64,000 nt of DNA from Octopus sinensis (GCF_006345805.1 NC_043002.1:119536001-119600000); one strand, 5' to 3'. Shown: positions 11,560 through 25,768, numbered from the stretch's first letter. Notes: a model not told the origin generated them from the sequence alone. Numbers and translations: made by a program.

Positions 11560-12178
11560 TGTCACAAATTGCCACAATATATATATACAGTCTTTGGTAA
11601 CAAGGACATGTTAAGGACATAAAAATGTTTAACAAGTTCATGATTTTATTGGGCACAAAAGATTCCAACCTCAATATACATTCTCAAGAGAATGTTAAAG
11701 ATAGTTTCCAGAAGGGATTATTAAAAAGTTCAGTGGAATATTGGTATTGTATCTGTATGTTAATACACGCACAGAATATTGGCTGTCACAAAATACTACA
11801 ATACATATATACAAATATTCTTTAGTAACAAGAACATGTTAAGAACATAAAAAAGTTTAACAAGTTCATTAAAATATTGGGCACAAAAAATTGCAACATA
11901 TATATACATTCTCGAGGCAAAGTTAAAGATATATTTCTTTATTGCCCACAAGGGGCTAAACATAGAGGGGACAGACAAATGGATTAAGTCAATTACATCG
12001 ACCCCAGTGCGTAACTGGTACTTAATTTATCGACCCCGAAAGGATGAAAGGCAAAGTCGACCTCGGCGGAATTTGAACTCATTTCGCCCGGCGTGCTAAC
12101 GTTTCTGACAGCACGCCGTTCCAGAAGGAATTATTAAAAATTTCAGTAGAATATTGGTATACACGCGCAGAATATTAT
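11560..12178. repeat. diverged ~220-bp tandem duplication; second unit interrupted by a SINE
   Basis: TGTCACAAA..GTAACAAG.ACATGTTAAG.ACATAAAAA.GTTTAACAAGTTCAT..GTTAAAGATA|TTCCAGAAGG occurs twice. Confidence 0.8.
11931..12120 (-). mobile_element. SINE family 3 (core GGTCGACTTTGCCTTTCATCCTTTCGGGGTCGATAAATTAAGTACC)
   Basis: GAGTTCAAATTCC B-box-like head; core resembles the Meta-type SINE domain (recalled, unverified); A-rich tail. Confidence 0.75.
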
Positions 12179-12294
12179 GAGTTCAAAAAGGTTTACATTA
12201 TGGTAGTAGGCAAGTTCAAACTGACCTGGTCCACGGTGTTATCGTAAAAGATTATTTACTATTTCAAGAGACCCTGTAGGTGTGTTTGGGTGGG

Positions 12295-12680
12295 GGTGGG
12301 GGAGGAAGAGTGAGTAGGTTTTTTAGGGATTTAGGTTGTCTCTTACTTTTTATTATTTTATGAGCTGCGAGTAATTTTTTTTCAGGCGTGGGTCTTGATT
12401 TAGATGTGGGATGTTGTATATAATTGTGTAAGCTTCTGTATTTCTTGAGTTGTGTGTTGAGAGATAGGGGAGGCTATTTACTGTACTGTGGATGTGTTAA
12501 TTGATTTGGCCCCTTCTATTCCGTTGTCCACTAGTGATGCTGGGTAATGTCTTTCGAGAAGAATTGCCCTTAGTTCTCGGAGTCTTTTATTTCGTGTTGT
12601 GTCATTTGAGACAATTATGCAGATTCTTCTCGCTAGGTTGAAGGGGATATTTGTCTTTGTGTGCTTTGGGTGATTGGAGG
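12295..12680 (-). pseudogene. Penelope-like element RT thumb/C-terminal fragment
   Basis: TSNHPKHTKTNIPFNLARRICIIVSN..RLRELRAILLERHYPASLVDNGIEGAK, then LPYLSTHNSRN. Confidence 0.88.
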
Positions 12681-12767
12681 TATATATATATACGTACATA
12701 TATACATATATATGATTATATATACATATATATATGCATATATATATATTATTTATATTATACACAT

Positions 12768-12799
<32 letters not shown>

Positions 12800-12872
12800 G
12801 TATATTTGTTCATTAAAGATTTCCCCTAACCTACTTCGCAAGGACTGAGATAAATGAAACATGGCATAATTA

Positions 12873-13092
12873 TTAGTCCTTCTCTACATAGCCAGCACCA
12901 ATGGTGACACACTTCTCCCATCGCTTTATGCAGCTGTGAAGACCTCTGTGGAAGTCGGTAGGTTGCGACTGGAGCCAATACTTTACCTCGGAAATAAGTT
13001 CATCATCATCCGAAGATTTCATGGTTGGAAAGAGGTGGATGTCAGTTGGCGCGAGGTCGGTCGAGTAAGTGGGATGGGGAAGGATTTCATAG
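12873..13092 (-). pseudogene. mariner (DD34D-type) transposase C-terminal relic
   Basis: LPHPTYSTDLAPTDIHLF..KRWEKCVTIGAGYVEK matches the mariner YSPDLAP motif and C-terminus. Confidence 0.85.
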
Positions 13093-13094
13093 AC

Positions 13095-13233
13095 GCCAAA
13101 GTATGCTTTCGCAGAAGTATGCAACGTGAAATAAAGTGTCTTGCTCAAGAACACAACACGCAGCTCGGTCCGCGATTCGAACTCACAACCTCACGATCGT
13201 AAGCTCGACGCTCTAACCACTGAACCATGCACC

Positions 13234-13235
<2 letters not shown>
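13095..13235 (-). mobile_element. SINE family 4, 5' portion
   Basis: tRNA-like head GCATGGTTCAGTGGTTAGAGCG..GAGTTCGAATC, then GTTCTTGAGCAAGACACTT. Confidence 0.8.
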
Positions 13236-13284
<49 letters not shown>

Positions 13285-13529
13285 TCGTTTATTTCCCATC
13301 TCAAAACGCGTAAGGACTTTACAACTTGATACATCGGTATATTTGATATATAGATATATGTTGGTGATACTAAATTAAATGTCAGGACTAAATTTATTTA
13401 AGATGAAGTTAATATCCCCGATATACTATTGATGTATTACGCATACATCTTTGATACGCAGTTAGCACATTACTAATACGCATATAATATATCCATGATA
13501 TCTTACAGATATAACATTTATTCACTCCC

Positions 13530-14689
13530 AATATATCGGTGAAATAACTACAAAGCGTTGTTATCATATCATTAAGGCAATATATTTCTGGCTTAACCTA
13601 ATTAGGATCGGTGCCATCGCTTCGGAGAAAACGAAGATCAGACAAAGTGAACAAGAGAAAAATAGCACCATGACGCAATTCACTCTGTCAGAAATTTGGA
13701 AACGACATGCTGTACTGCTGGGCATTCGCGTCGGAAGCTCCAATATGAACATTTCGGAGATTTTGGGCGTCAATCTGAGGGCAGTGCAGAGGATTCGGAA
13801 AGATTTGGATGAGTCTAATGGTGATTATGAAGGAGTGGCAGCTCGGAAACTCTGAATTTGCTGGTGAAATCCAGGTCATGATTGACAACGATTCCTCCAA
13901 GATGAGAAAGGGCTAATTTTTATCCGAAATCATCAAGGACAAAGAGAAAGACTGTGCTACGAAGCTTTTGAATGAACTCAAGCGTCCCCACCAACCGAAC
14001 ATGTCTTGGTTTTTCTCAGACTAGAAAAGTTTTTGCCAGGATCCGATGGTGAACACACAGAACAACCGTTGGCTTGCCAGGTCTCCAAAACATGTACCGA
14101 GAGTGATAAAAATCAGACATCCAGTCAACATCATGTTGTTTGGATTGATCACTAATGATCTTCCCACACAGCCTCAGATTCAACACGGAGGCCTACATCA
14201 AGTGTCTGGGGGAAGTAGTGCTGTCCTGGGTCAAGAACGTGGCTGGTGGAAGACCCTATGTCAAGTAACAGGACTCTGCACCATGTCACACCAGCAAGAG
14301 AACCCAGTCATGGCTGTCGGACAATTTCTGCAACCACATCACCCCTAACATCTAGCTACTTAACTCCTCAGTCTGCAACCCTATTGATTATTAAGTGTGG
14401 AGCGCTGTTGAGCAAGAGACAAACAACACTCCTTGTAACACCAAAGATGAACTGAAGGCAAGGATTATGGCAGCATTCACCAATTTAGACAAGCAAACAG
14501 ACAATAAGAGTTGCAGGTGATACTGAAGTCTTCTGGAGGCCGTGGTTGGAGCCAATGGCGATTTTATTGAATGAATTTACATTTTAGTGTTTCAAGATAT
14601 TTTTATGTAATTTTGGTAAATGTAACTGTTAAAATGAGATGTTAGTCATTTTTGCGTAATTTAGACGACAATTTATTCACCGCATCCCG
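13530..14689 (+). mobile_element. Tc1/mariner DD37D (maT) transposon, decayed transposase ~13670-14574
   Basis: QDSAPCH..CNPID with 37 residues between the last two D; C-terminus EAVVGANGDFIE; right end ..TTCACCGCATCCCG followed by TA; left end uncertain. Confidence 0.9.
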
Positions 14690-14734
14690 TATAGATAAGT
14701 ATATATATATATATATATAATATATATATATATG

Positions 14735-14885
14735 AAGAAAAAAGTCAAGATAGAAAATGCTAAAATAATTTTATAAAAAACATTTCAGTAGCGGTTTCAG
14801 TCATTGACACTTTTTCAACTGTAACAATTAAATAATTAAATTTAGAAAAATTAAAAGAAAAGTTTTTTTAAAAGAATATTTGTAT
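14735..14885 (-). mobile_element. PLE-like tail with degenerate hammerhead (~14785-14826)
   Basis: CAGTTGA-AAA-AGT..ACT-GAAACCGCTA; ends at (TA)n. Confidence 0.35.
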
Positions 14886-15044
14886 AGTGTTCAAATACAA
14901 GTGGCATTTTCCTTGTTTCTGCCTGTCTCTGTCTCTCTTGTTTATATATATATATATATATATATATAAACATACACTCACACATACATGTACATTATGA
15001 CGCGCTGTATTTACTTTTTGTTCTGAGAATACGTGTATTTGGCT

Positions 15045-15185
15045 CCCCTACGCTTGATAACGGGTGTTGGTGTGTTAACGTCGCAGTAATTTAGCGGTGC
15101 GGCAAAAGATAACCTAAAACTTTTCAAGACGGTGCCCCAGTTTGGCTGCTGTCTGTCTTCTGAAACGATTGAGACGTAAAAGATG
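15045..15185 (+). mobile_element. degraded SINE family 2, 3' half
   Basis: TTGATAACGGGTGTTGGTGTGTT..TTAGCGGTGCGGCAAAAG..GGTGCCCCAG. Confidence 0.6.
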
Positions 15186-15839
15186 AAACATATATTTTCT
15201 GAAGTCTCTTAAGGATATATGCTTCACTTCAGGTACAATGACTGCACCAAAATAAAAACGACCCTTCCGGAGTGAATGTCAGTCTATCGCAGGCAACATT
15301 AGAAGACCTGATAACTTTAAAAAAGCAGAAATATTCTCACAGTGACAGAGTACCAAACAGTTCGATTTCCATGAGATACTTACCAAATACCTACTCTTAA
15401 TGCATTTAAACCCACTCAAGAAAGCGGAATCAGACAATGGAAAGTGTGGATAATAACTAAACATATACGTCTAAGATGGAATGATAATAGCTGGAATGCT
15501 TTGTTAATAGGTCATCTAGGTTGAACGCAGACTAGACAAGAACGACATGAATACATATCTAAACAGGCCAAAGGAGGATTACTCTGCTACCCAAATATTT
15601 AGCAAAATCTTTTGAATAGACGGTCCAATTCTATACTGGAAAATGCGTCAGTAAAACTAAATATAGAAAACAAACTCTAAAGCAATTCCTTTTTTTTTCT
15701 GCAAATGTAAATCTTATTTCTCAATCTTGAATGCTCCAATTCGAAATGTTATTACCAATAAATGGGACTGTTAATTCAAAAAGATAGACAAATGAAACTC
15801 ACCGGCATCAACACCCACAAGCAACAATAAAGGTTTGCA

Positions 15840-16075
15840 ACAAGAACAAGAACACGATCAACAACAACAACAACAACAACAACAACAGCAGCAGCAGCAG
15901 CAGCAGCAGCAACAGCAACAGCAACAACGACAACGACGACGACGAAAGGAATCCTGCGTTCATATATGTATGTATGTACGTATGTATGCATGGATGTATG
16001 TTTGTATGCATGTATGCATGTATGCATGTGTATGTATGTATGCATGTACACACATACACATACAAACATACAGAT
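15840..16075. repeat. (CAA)n/(CAG)n followed by (TATG)-like repeat
   Basis: direct reading. Confidence 0.9.
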
Positions 16076-16380
16076 ATACATATACGCAAAGCAAAAACAA
16101 ATACTGCGTTCACAGGGAATAAGGATTAAATGGAAGTTGTTGTATTTTGATTGTCTTGTAGGTAAAAGTGTTTATATTTTCATATGTAATATACTGGTTC
16201 GCGTTATTGTTTTCTTCCCGTAAATAATTACTTTTGTTGGTTCATAGAACAATTATCTAAGATTTAAGTGTTTCTATACAGCATTCTTCAATTCTATTAT
16301 GTTTTTTTTTTCTCACTGATTTTAATTTTCGACAAAACTGTAGAATGTTCAGATTTATTGTGGAACGTAAGAAGATTGTA

Positions 16381-16534
16381 TATGAATGTATGTATGTATG
16401 TATGTATGTATGTATGTATGTATGTATGTATGTATGTATGTGTATGTATGTATGTATGTATGTATGTATGTATGTGTGTATGTATGTATGTATGTATGTA
16501 TGTATGTATGTATGTATGTATGTATGTATGTATG

Positions 16535-16566
<32 letters not shown>

Positions 16567-16967
16567 TGCATGTATGTATGCATGCATGTATGTATGTATG
16601 CATGTATGTATGTATGTATGCATGTATGTATGTATGAATGCATGTATGTATGTATGTATGAATGCATGTATGTATGTATGAATGCATGTATGTATGTATG
16701 TATGCATGCATGTATGTAGGCATGTATGTATGTATGTATGTATGTATACATGTATGTATGTACGAATGAAGATGTGTGTGAGTGTGTGTATGAGAATACA
16801 AGTATTTACATATATAAACACTGGTATAGTTATTTGTATACATACATACACACCCTCACATACATATACATAGAGAGAGGCATACATACTAAAATACGTG
16901 AAACACCCCCATATATATCTCTATCTCTATCTATCTATATATCTATCTATCTCTCTCTCTATATATA

Positions 16968-17026
<59 letters not shown>

Positions 17027-17068
17027 GTATATATATATATGTATATATATATAATATATATATATATG

Positions 17069-17100
<32 letters not shown>

Positions 17101-17101
17101 T

Positions 17102-17172
<71 letters not shown>

Positions 17173-17215
17173 GCAACGTGAGATTATATATATAATATAT
17201 ATATATAGATAGATA
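16381..17215. repeat. large (TATG)n array plus (TCTA)/(TA)n arrays
   Basis: direct reading. Confidence 0.95.
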
Positions 17216-17775
17216 TAAATAGAGAGAGGAAGAGAGAGTCAGATAGATAGAGAGAGAGGGGGCACAGAGAGAGAGGGAGTGAGAAGGACAGATAGAGGGA
17301 CAGAGAGAGAGAAAGAGAGAGAGAATTTGAAGCTTGCAACGAAAGGAAGAAAACAGTGCCCAATAAATACAGTAGACTATTTATCTATTTGATTGTTACT
17401 TATGTATTTATTTGACGCTTAAGCTTAGCGTTTTGTGTTCTCTGAATTTGAAATATCTTATTTTCTCTCTGAACTGGGATATTGCGAATTTCTGAGTATA
17501 AAAGTATACATAGTATGAATCGCAATTCATATTGGTACCAAGAACTTAAATTTGGGATACTAGTTTTTACTCATGCCCAGGCTTAACACCACCGTTGACG
17601 TTTTTAAAAAGCAATTTTTTCTTTTACGTTTATGTACCTGAATCAGAAGTAACTGGGTTGTACTGACCTTAAGGATATTCTATGCTGTATTTACGTTATT
17701 ATTGTACAGGATTTGATCATGTCATCTTATCACAGTTATTGCAGAAAGCTTAAATAGGTACACATAACATAAACG

Positions 17776-17949
17776 GAATCTGGACAAATTTCTTCAAGGA
17801 ATACCAGATAAGCCACCTATGCCTGGATACAACTCACTCAACAAAAACTCCTTACTCGAATGGACCATGGTACCACAAAACTTGACTTAAAAAGGATTTA
17901 ACTAACCCTATCTTTCTATGGTCCAGTCTATGGTCGAAACATATCTAAG

Positions 17950-17950
<1 letters not shown>
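17776..17950 (+). pseudogene. CR1-like LINE 3' end fragment
   Basis: NLDKFLQGIPDKPPMPGYNSLNKNSLLEW resembles invertebrate CR1 ORF2 C-termini. Confidence 0.55.
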
Positions 17951-18035
<85 letters not shown>

Positions 18036-18044
18036 ATCTATATA

Positions 18045-18175
18045 TAGGGAAAGTTTACGAACACAACAAAAGACGAAGACAGGTGGTGTACAAAACAAAC
18101 AGATGTATTAGTATAACGCTCAGGAATAGAAAAAGTATTTTACGTTTCGAGCCTACGCTCTTCTACAGAAAGGGA
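18045..18175 (-). mobile_element. PLE-like tail family B, hammerhead core mutated (CTGTAGA)
   Basis: homologous to 9868-10010. Confidence 0.7.
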
Positions 18176-18357
18176 CACAAAAAACAAGGAGAGAACAAAA
18201 TGTGTGTAGTGGCTAACGATCTATCATGGCGACATGTGTATATATATATATATATATAATTAAGGGCTCCTAAATAAGGATGCCAAGTGCTGGGAATACA
18301 AAAAGGAGATAAATTTATCGAGAGTGAAAATCAAAAACATTTACCGATAACTTTATA

Positions 18358-18435
18358 TCTCGGACTGATATCAGTTTCTACCTCTTTCTAGCAAAACACA
18401 GAATATGTTTGCTAAGGCTGGTTTCATCAGCGAGA
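18358..18435 (-). ncRNA. type I hammerhead ribozyme motif (family G)
   Basis: TCTCG-CTGATGA-A-ACC..TAGCAAA..TTTGCTA..GGT-A-GAA-ACTGATATCAGT-C-CGAGA; GUC site; tail runs to (TA)n at ~18260. Confidence 0.82.
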
Positions 18436-18604
18436 CGCCTAAATTGAATCGAGATACGCAGCGCGTTAGACCATTTGTTGATCTCAGCAACTAGCAGATC
18501 TTAACTTTTCAAATCTCTAATGACTAATTCGTCTTTTGTGCTGAGCCACTGGTAGTAATCTATATTATTACCCTCTTTGTTTATATATATATTATATATA
18601 TATG

Positions 18605-18674
<70 letters not shown>

Positions 18675-18712
18675 AATGCATACATACATACATATTTCTT
18701 TCACTAATTTCA

Positions 18713-18900
18713 CCCGTTGAACTGCGGCCATATTGGGGCATCGCCTTGTGGTTTTAAGTCGAACAAATAGATGCCATTAGGTACTTTTGTAAAAACTTGT
18801 ACTTATTGAATTGCAGGAACAAAGAAGTCACGGGGCCGTAAACAGACCAATATTGGATGCCAAGTGGTGATGGGGTACAAACACAAACTCAAAGACTCAC
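18713..18900 (-). mobile_element. degraded SINE family 2, 3' half
   Basis: GCGGCCATATTGGGGCATCGCC..GTCGAACAAAT. Confidence 0.65.
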
Positions 18901-18969
18901 ACACAGACGCACGCGCACACACACACATACATACATACATACATACATATACATCCATGTATATATATA

Positions 18970-19455
18970 ATACTAACAGTATAGCCCGGCTTTGCCCGGG
19001 ATTAAGTTAGGATTATTAAACTTATCAAGTTCTTCATTTCAAACCAAACTAAGTAACATCGACGTCAAATTTGGGCGAAATCTGTTGAAATTAGTAAACA
19101 TTTGGCTGAAAATGAGATGCAGACAGCTTGATTGGGTAATCCCATAAGGAATCGATTTATCGATTTTTCAAATCATCGATTCTTTTTTTCGGTTTTGGAG
19201 AACTTTAAAGCATTCAAAGATCCCATGAGTCCTAAGTAATGCTGGCATCATGTTTGAACAAAATACATCAAAGTTGGTAAAAGTTATGGTTGAAAATGGG
19301 GATGTAGCAAATTTTATTGGCAAATCCTATAAGGAATCGGTTTATCGATTTTTTTTATCCTGATTAAATGTAGAACTCATAGGGAATCAGATTTTTTACC
19401 CCAAATAGGACTTAACCGAACACAGTATTGCTGATTCAAAAACATCTATATTTAT
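18970..19455 (-). mobile_element. Helitron-type non-autonomous element
   Basis: minus-strand end CCCGGGCAAAGCCGGGCTATACTGTTAGTA resembles the 3' ends at 6805 and 55816; internal ~190-bp repeat. Confidence 0.55.
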
Positions 19456-20059
19456 ACTTTAAAGTTGGTTTTCACACTCAACCCAGTTCTGCAGAATCAG
19501 TGTCGCTTCGGGAGTGCATGGGTTGGGAGTTTCATCAGCAGAGGTGATCAAGTTGCACATGCCAGCCCTTTGAAAACACCACCCCATCATCTAACCCTCC
19601 CCCTGTGCTTATGGGTTGGGAACCCTTCCAGCAAAGAAAATAGAATGCCCAAAAGGGCTCCCGATCCGTCAGAAGCGGTTATGTTCAGATCACAACTAAG
19701 TCTTAAGTATATGTATATATATATATATATATATGGGCAACACACACACACATACACACACGTACCTATTGCATACATGATTTTTATACGCATACATGTT
19801 CGTGTGTGTGTGTTGCCCGTATATCAACAAAACACATTTTTCCTCAATGGAAAAAGTTTTAACAAAAAAGTCTTAACAAAAGTCTAATCAAAAACTTACT
19901 CGTCACTAGAAGGGGACTTAACTCCTGTTTGTAAACAATGGTGATTTCTCCGGCTTAAAAATTGGTAAAAGTTTTGGTTGAAAATTTACTTTTACTTCTA
20001 TTCGCTGGTGCCACTGTGAAAAATAAGTTGGCGAAAATACAGCTAGGATCTTGACGAAT

Positions 20060-20232
20060 GTCCTCCTACACACACACGGAGACTTCATACAGTTTCCGTC
20101 TACCATATCCAGTCACAAGGCTTTGGTCCTCCCTAGTCTATAATAGAAGACATTCGCCCATGGTGTCACACAGTGGAACTAGACCCGGGACTATGTGGTT
20201 TGGAAGTGAACTTCCTACCACACAGCCACGTC
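20060..20232 (-). mobile_element. SINE family 2, 5' half, degraded
   Basis: matches the family 2 head and body. Confidence 0.7.
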
Positions 20233-21424
20233 TCCGCAGATGTTACAGAGTGACTCAGTGGTGAGACTATCGTGCATTAGCACTAGATCTGATTAAAGCA
20301 TGATCGTGACTTTTCAATCTTTGCAATGATGAAGTACTCAGGATGATTGCTACAGGCTTATTATATTTTCCGGTTGCGTACGGTAATGAATCTTAACTAT
20401 ACGGAGTAAAAATGAAGAGAAAGGCGTAACAGCATCGACATTAATGTGAGAGAAACTGAGCACACCATGTGCCTAAAATCCTACATTATAAGCTTACTTT
20501 CATATAGCACTTGCGATATTGTACTTGAATCTTACATTAAGGACTTTCTTTCACAGTAACATTCAGAAGGCTTAAAACTTTCGAGGTCAAACCAATCTTC
20601 AATAAAGTAAACTGCCGAGGGTTTTGATTTTCAATCACGCCACTTAGAAGAGTATTTACTGTTCGCTTCAGTTTTTTTTCTATCATTGAAAAACGGCTTT
20701 AGATCAGAATCCTGTTTCTATCCTTAATGTACAGTTTTAATATAGTTTTTTATTTTATTTTATATTTTTGTATCTCATAGCAATTCCATATCACTTCCAC
20801 AGGATCGGACATAGGAAAAATGTAAATGGCATTTAAGAGGTAAATATTACAGAAATGATCCCAATTGCCATAGAATAGCATGGCAAAACTGAAACCATGC
20901 TTAAAAAATTCGACTTCAAAAATAGTGTTTCGATGTATCTCTTCATGCCAGAGAATAAAAAAAAATTAAGAAAAAAATGAAACAAAAAAACTGCAAAAAA
21001 TATATTTCGAAAATCACTTCTTATTCAGCTATGTTCATACACTTCCTGTAATATTTTTGCAAGATTAATGAGCTATTTCCCGGCATGCACAGCTTTAATG
21101 AACTGTAATAATTAATGGGTTGTTTTAGCGAATTATTAAGCAGTGCACACATTTGTTATGAATAACCTTATCTGGTATATTTCATCTTAGAAGTGAAATA
21201 ATGTTTAAAGCTGTCCCGATCGACAATGTATGTATATATTAATGTACATATGCATCTCTGTATACACATACATAAGCATATGTATATTCATATATATATA
21301 TACAGCAGCATAGAGGTATTTATGTATGCATGTGTATATATATATGGATGGTAAGTTATTTTTCATGTGTATACAAATCACTTTCCCCTCTATCACTCTA
21401 TTCTTAACCATCTATTTCTCCCCC

Positions 21425-21463
<39 letters not shown>

Positions 21464-21637
21464 TAAAATGCACATTTATATCAATATTTTGAATTTTATG
21501 TAAATTTGTGAGCTAATGGTATACACACACGCGCCGCAGACACATACACGCACACTTATACACCCACCGACCCACAGCCACATATATATATATATACGTA
21601 TATGTATATGTATATGCATATATATATATATAAATAT

Positions 21638-21716
<79 letters not shown>

Positions 21717-22382
21717 CATATATGTATATATCATATATATATATATATATATATGCATGGTTTTGTGTATGTCTAGTATTAAAAAATTATTGACATTGTG
21801 CTATATCGATTGATTTCATTACTTGAGGTGAAAATCATATACAGTTATATAATGGCGTCCGTATATTACATACAGACACAGATATATACCCATTTTCATA
21901 CCACTATATATATACATACATACATACATACATATATATATATATTATATATTATATATATATATATATAATATATATATATATAAGTATATGTATCAAC
22001 ATCCATAGAGGATGACATATACTAGTACACGTGAAATACATTACACACGTCTTGTTACAATTGATGCAGTTAATATATATTCCATTTATGTGAATGCTTT
22101 AAAACCTTTTGCTTCCTGAGGCAAATAATACTAAGCGGAAAACATTAAACACAATCCATTTCCTACCTGAAGAAATGCATCCCTATTATTCAAAGAATAT
22201 ATCTCGTTTTATACACCCGTGTCATTCATCAATTTAAAAGGTAAATATAGAAGTCTTTTTTGAATGTAGCTAAAAAAATATCTGTTAAATAATATATCGT
22301 ATGCATATATATGTATATATATATAATATATATATATATATATTATATATTATATATATATATTATATATATATATTATATA

Positions 22383-22436
<54 letters not shown>

Positions 22437-23479
22437 ATATATATATATATACATATATATATATATGTATATACTTAAGGAAAAATATTTTTTGATTGTA
22501 GAGTGAAATTGTATAATAAATAGTAAATATCGCTGGAGGCAATCTCAGTAATTGCTGCAACTGAAATTGTTAATGTTTCTGGTTTGTTTCAGTTTGCTTG
22601 CCAGAACATTCGAGACTCTCTCGAAGAGAAAGATGTGAAAACGCGTTAAATTCACAGCGTTACCAGCGGTAGTGTTATCGTTTTCTTACCTTGTTGTTGA
22701 GTTTTTTTTCCGTGTCATATATGCCTGCACATTACTTATATGCTACATTTCGCTATGTAGTTACTCTTTTACTTTATTCTATGACTACTGTAGTCAAGCG
22801 AAGGTAAGATAACATCTGTTTCATCTGAAGTTATTCACATTTCGCTTTCAAGTTACATAGATGGCACATTCGTTATGCTGAATTTGGTTGGCTTAAACTT
22901 CCTTTCCAAAACAGCAAAATATGTCCTCATAATGAAGAGAAGAGCAAATGCAGCATTTTTTACATCCATCATTATGGTATTTCTTTCATTAATAAAACAT
23001 TACCTCTATTGTCATCGTATCGTATTATCGTATGAGAATTTATTCACCAGCAAAAAGAAAAAAAATTATTATATTGAATGACTGATTCTATATACTTAAC
23101 AAAATGGTTTGTAATTATTGAGGAAGCTTTAAAATGTTGTACTAGTTAATGTTTTTACTTTATTATGTGTTAAAGTGTTAAAAGCTTCCTGAATGAGAAT
23201 GGTGTAGTACAAGTAGCATGCATATAGTGCAACTACCAGTGCGTTTATCAATTTCCTATTGTCGGCGACTACTATATTTACATTACTCTAAAAACACAAA
23301 ACTACAACACACACACACACACACATTTACATAGTGTAAATGTAGAAAGATAAAGATACACATACATATACACATACGTATATACATAGCATATATGTGC
23401 ATAAAATAAGAATATATAATAATAATGATGATGATAATAATAATAATGATGGTGATAATAATAATATTAATAATGATGG

Positions 23480-23519
<40 letters not shown>

Positions 23520-25768
23520 CTTTGTGATATAAATACTTCGCTATAAATGCTTGTATGAATTAAAATACTATAAATTAATGATTAGCATCAATGCTAAGCA
23601 ACACTCAACAGAATTTATGCACCACACTGTAATGAAAAGTAAATAGTCTCTTTATCTACAATAATCTCTGCAAGCAAAACATTCGGTGCAATTTAATCCG
23701 CCGATATAATCTCTTTCTTAATATTAGACATATACTCACAACTTTATTCAGGCAATTGACTATGCAGGAAATGTTATTTAGGGTGAATCTCATGGTGCTG
23801 CATATAATAAAACTGAGAGAAGAAATCCGAGCTTCATCAGCATTATACAAATACATCGTCACGTCCAAATCTAGTGCGAAAATTACAAGGGTAAATATAC
23901 GTTACGTTATATCATTGTACATCCTCCAAGAATCTACGATAAGAGATAACTATATGATAAACTGCTAACATATGTATACGTGTGTGTGTGTGAGTATGTG
24001 TGTATGTGTTTGCGTGTGTGTGCGTATATGTGTTTGGGTATATATGGATGTGTGGGTGAGGTTAATGAGAGGATGGGAAACAAAAGGGCAGAGAGACAGA
24101 GTAAACCATTTAAAGAGAACCTCAGGTTTTATTGAAAATGTCATGCAGTAATGAATTAGGCAATGGTTAAACAAATAGATTTCTCCGTCAATTGTTAAAT
24201 ATTCATGTCTAAAACACATAACTCTTAAGGAATGCTCACCGCTTTTTAAATAAGAGGTGTACCGAGGAGAAGTACTGTTTATCTCGCTCTCCCTCTGACA
24301 CACACTCTCACGCACACAAACACTCACACGCGCGCGTACACGTGCGCGTACACGCACGCGTACACGCACGCACGCACACACAAAAACCTATACACATACA
24401 TATTTTCAGAGCTGTCAGGAATTCTCCTATGTTTGGTGGGATAAATTTCTTGATTACAAAAGAAATATTCTTCGCCTAAGGAAAGGAGAATTCATAAAAG
24501 CCCATACGTCACAAATGGTTCAGGTGGAAGCCAGTTTGTGAAACCCCATTTCAGCATGTACTTAATAGTAATATTCTCCTCTAAAAATAATTAACTAAAA
24601 GTGATTATAGCTATATTGTTGCTGCTTCAAATGACAATATAATTAAAGATGTCATGGGGACAATTAAGATGTAGATATGTCCAATGGAAACGAAAACATT
24701 TTTCTGGCTATATATGACAGATAGAGTTTAAATGCAGCATTTACAGTGTTGCAGCTGGTTATCAGATAATGCTCTTAAACAGTTCAGTGCTAAGTGATTT
24801 GGCTATGTATACAATTTAGTAACTATTTGCTGAATTGTTTTTATTTCCAGGTACTCAATTATATCCTACGAAAAAACTACAAAAACTAATCTTTGTACAG
24901 CAAAATAGAACTATACAACAAAAGTAAAATCGTATATTTATTTTTTATTTTATTTTATCTAGTTTCAGCTCACGAGCTGTGGCCATGCTGGGGCACCGCC
25001 ATTATAATATAACGATATTCTATGTAGGTTCAGTCTCCGTTATGAAGTTCATAGATTTCTAATTAAAGCAATTAATTGAATAAAATAATTAAAAAGTTTC
25101 CAACTTGATGCTACTGCTAGTCCTAGCCCCTGGTCATGCCTTGTTAAAGGAAACCTCATGATTTCTGTGTTGTCGTTGGCTTCTATTAAATCTGACTATG
25201 AAGACGAGGAGATTTTTGTTGCTTCTATTGAGGTTATTCCTGGAGCTGTGACCGATGTTGCTGTGGAAAGAGGTTGGTAACAATGCAAACTCCATAGATT
25301 TGCTTCAAGATTGATGTTGAAACAAGTATGTGAATATTGTGTTCCTACACAAACCCGAACATACCTTTATTTCTTACAATTTCATATCACATAGATATGA
25401 AGAGAGATATTTTCATCATAAGGTAATAAGATATGCCATTCAGTCTCCATGCTCGATATTAGCTTCATATGTGCGAGGACATAACTGCAAACGGGATTCA
25501 AGGTAACATTGTATAGTCTGTTAGAAAAACAGTCGAGAGAAACTTACAAAGTGGCATTTAGTACAAGACACAGAGGTTCTAGTTGAGATAGTGAAAGCTT
25601 CTGGTGTTGTCTTTCTTTAATTTTCACCCACATAAGGTTGGCAATAGTGGATGTAGCAATAATATTTTTGGAACGTATTTAACCCAGGGTAAGTCTGGTT
25701 TCCCCGTAGTGAACTTCGATTAGTTTCAAAATCACCATAGAAACAAAATGACACGAAATGTAGACAAT

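Noticed and set aside
18391-18495. Apparent terminal exon ..TPKLNRDTQRVRPFVDLSN* with a D-box-like motif
   Set aside because: It overlaps the antisense of the family G hammerhead; better explained as repeat sequence
19495-19550. CTGATGA on the minus strand with downstream GAAG as a hammerhead
   Set aside because: The would-be stem II is a direct repeat (ACTCCC), and there is no GAAA or stem III
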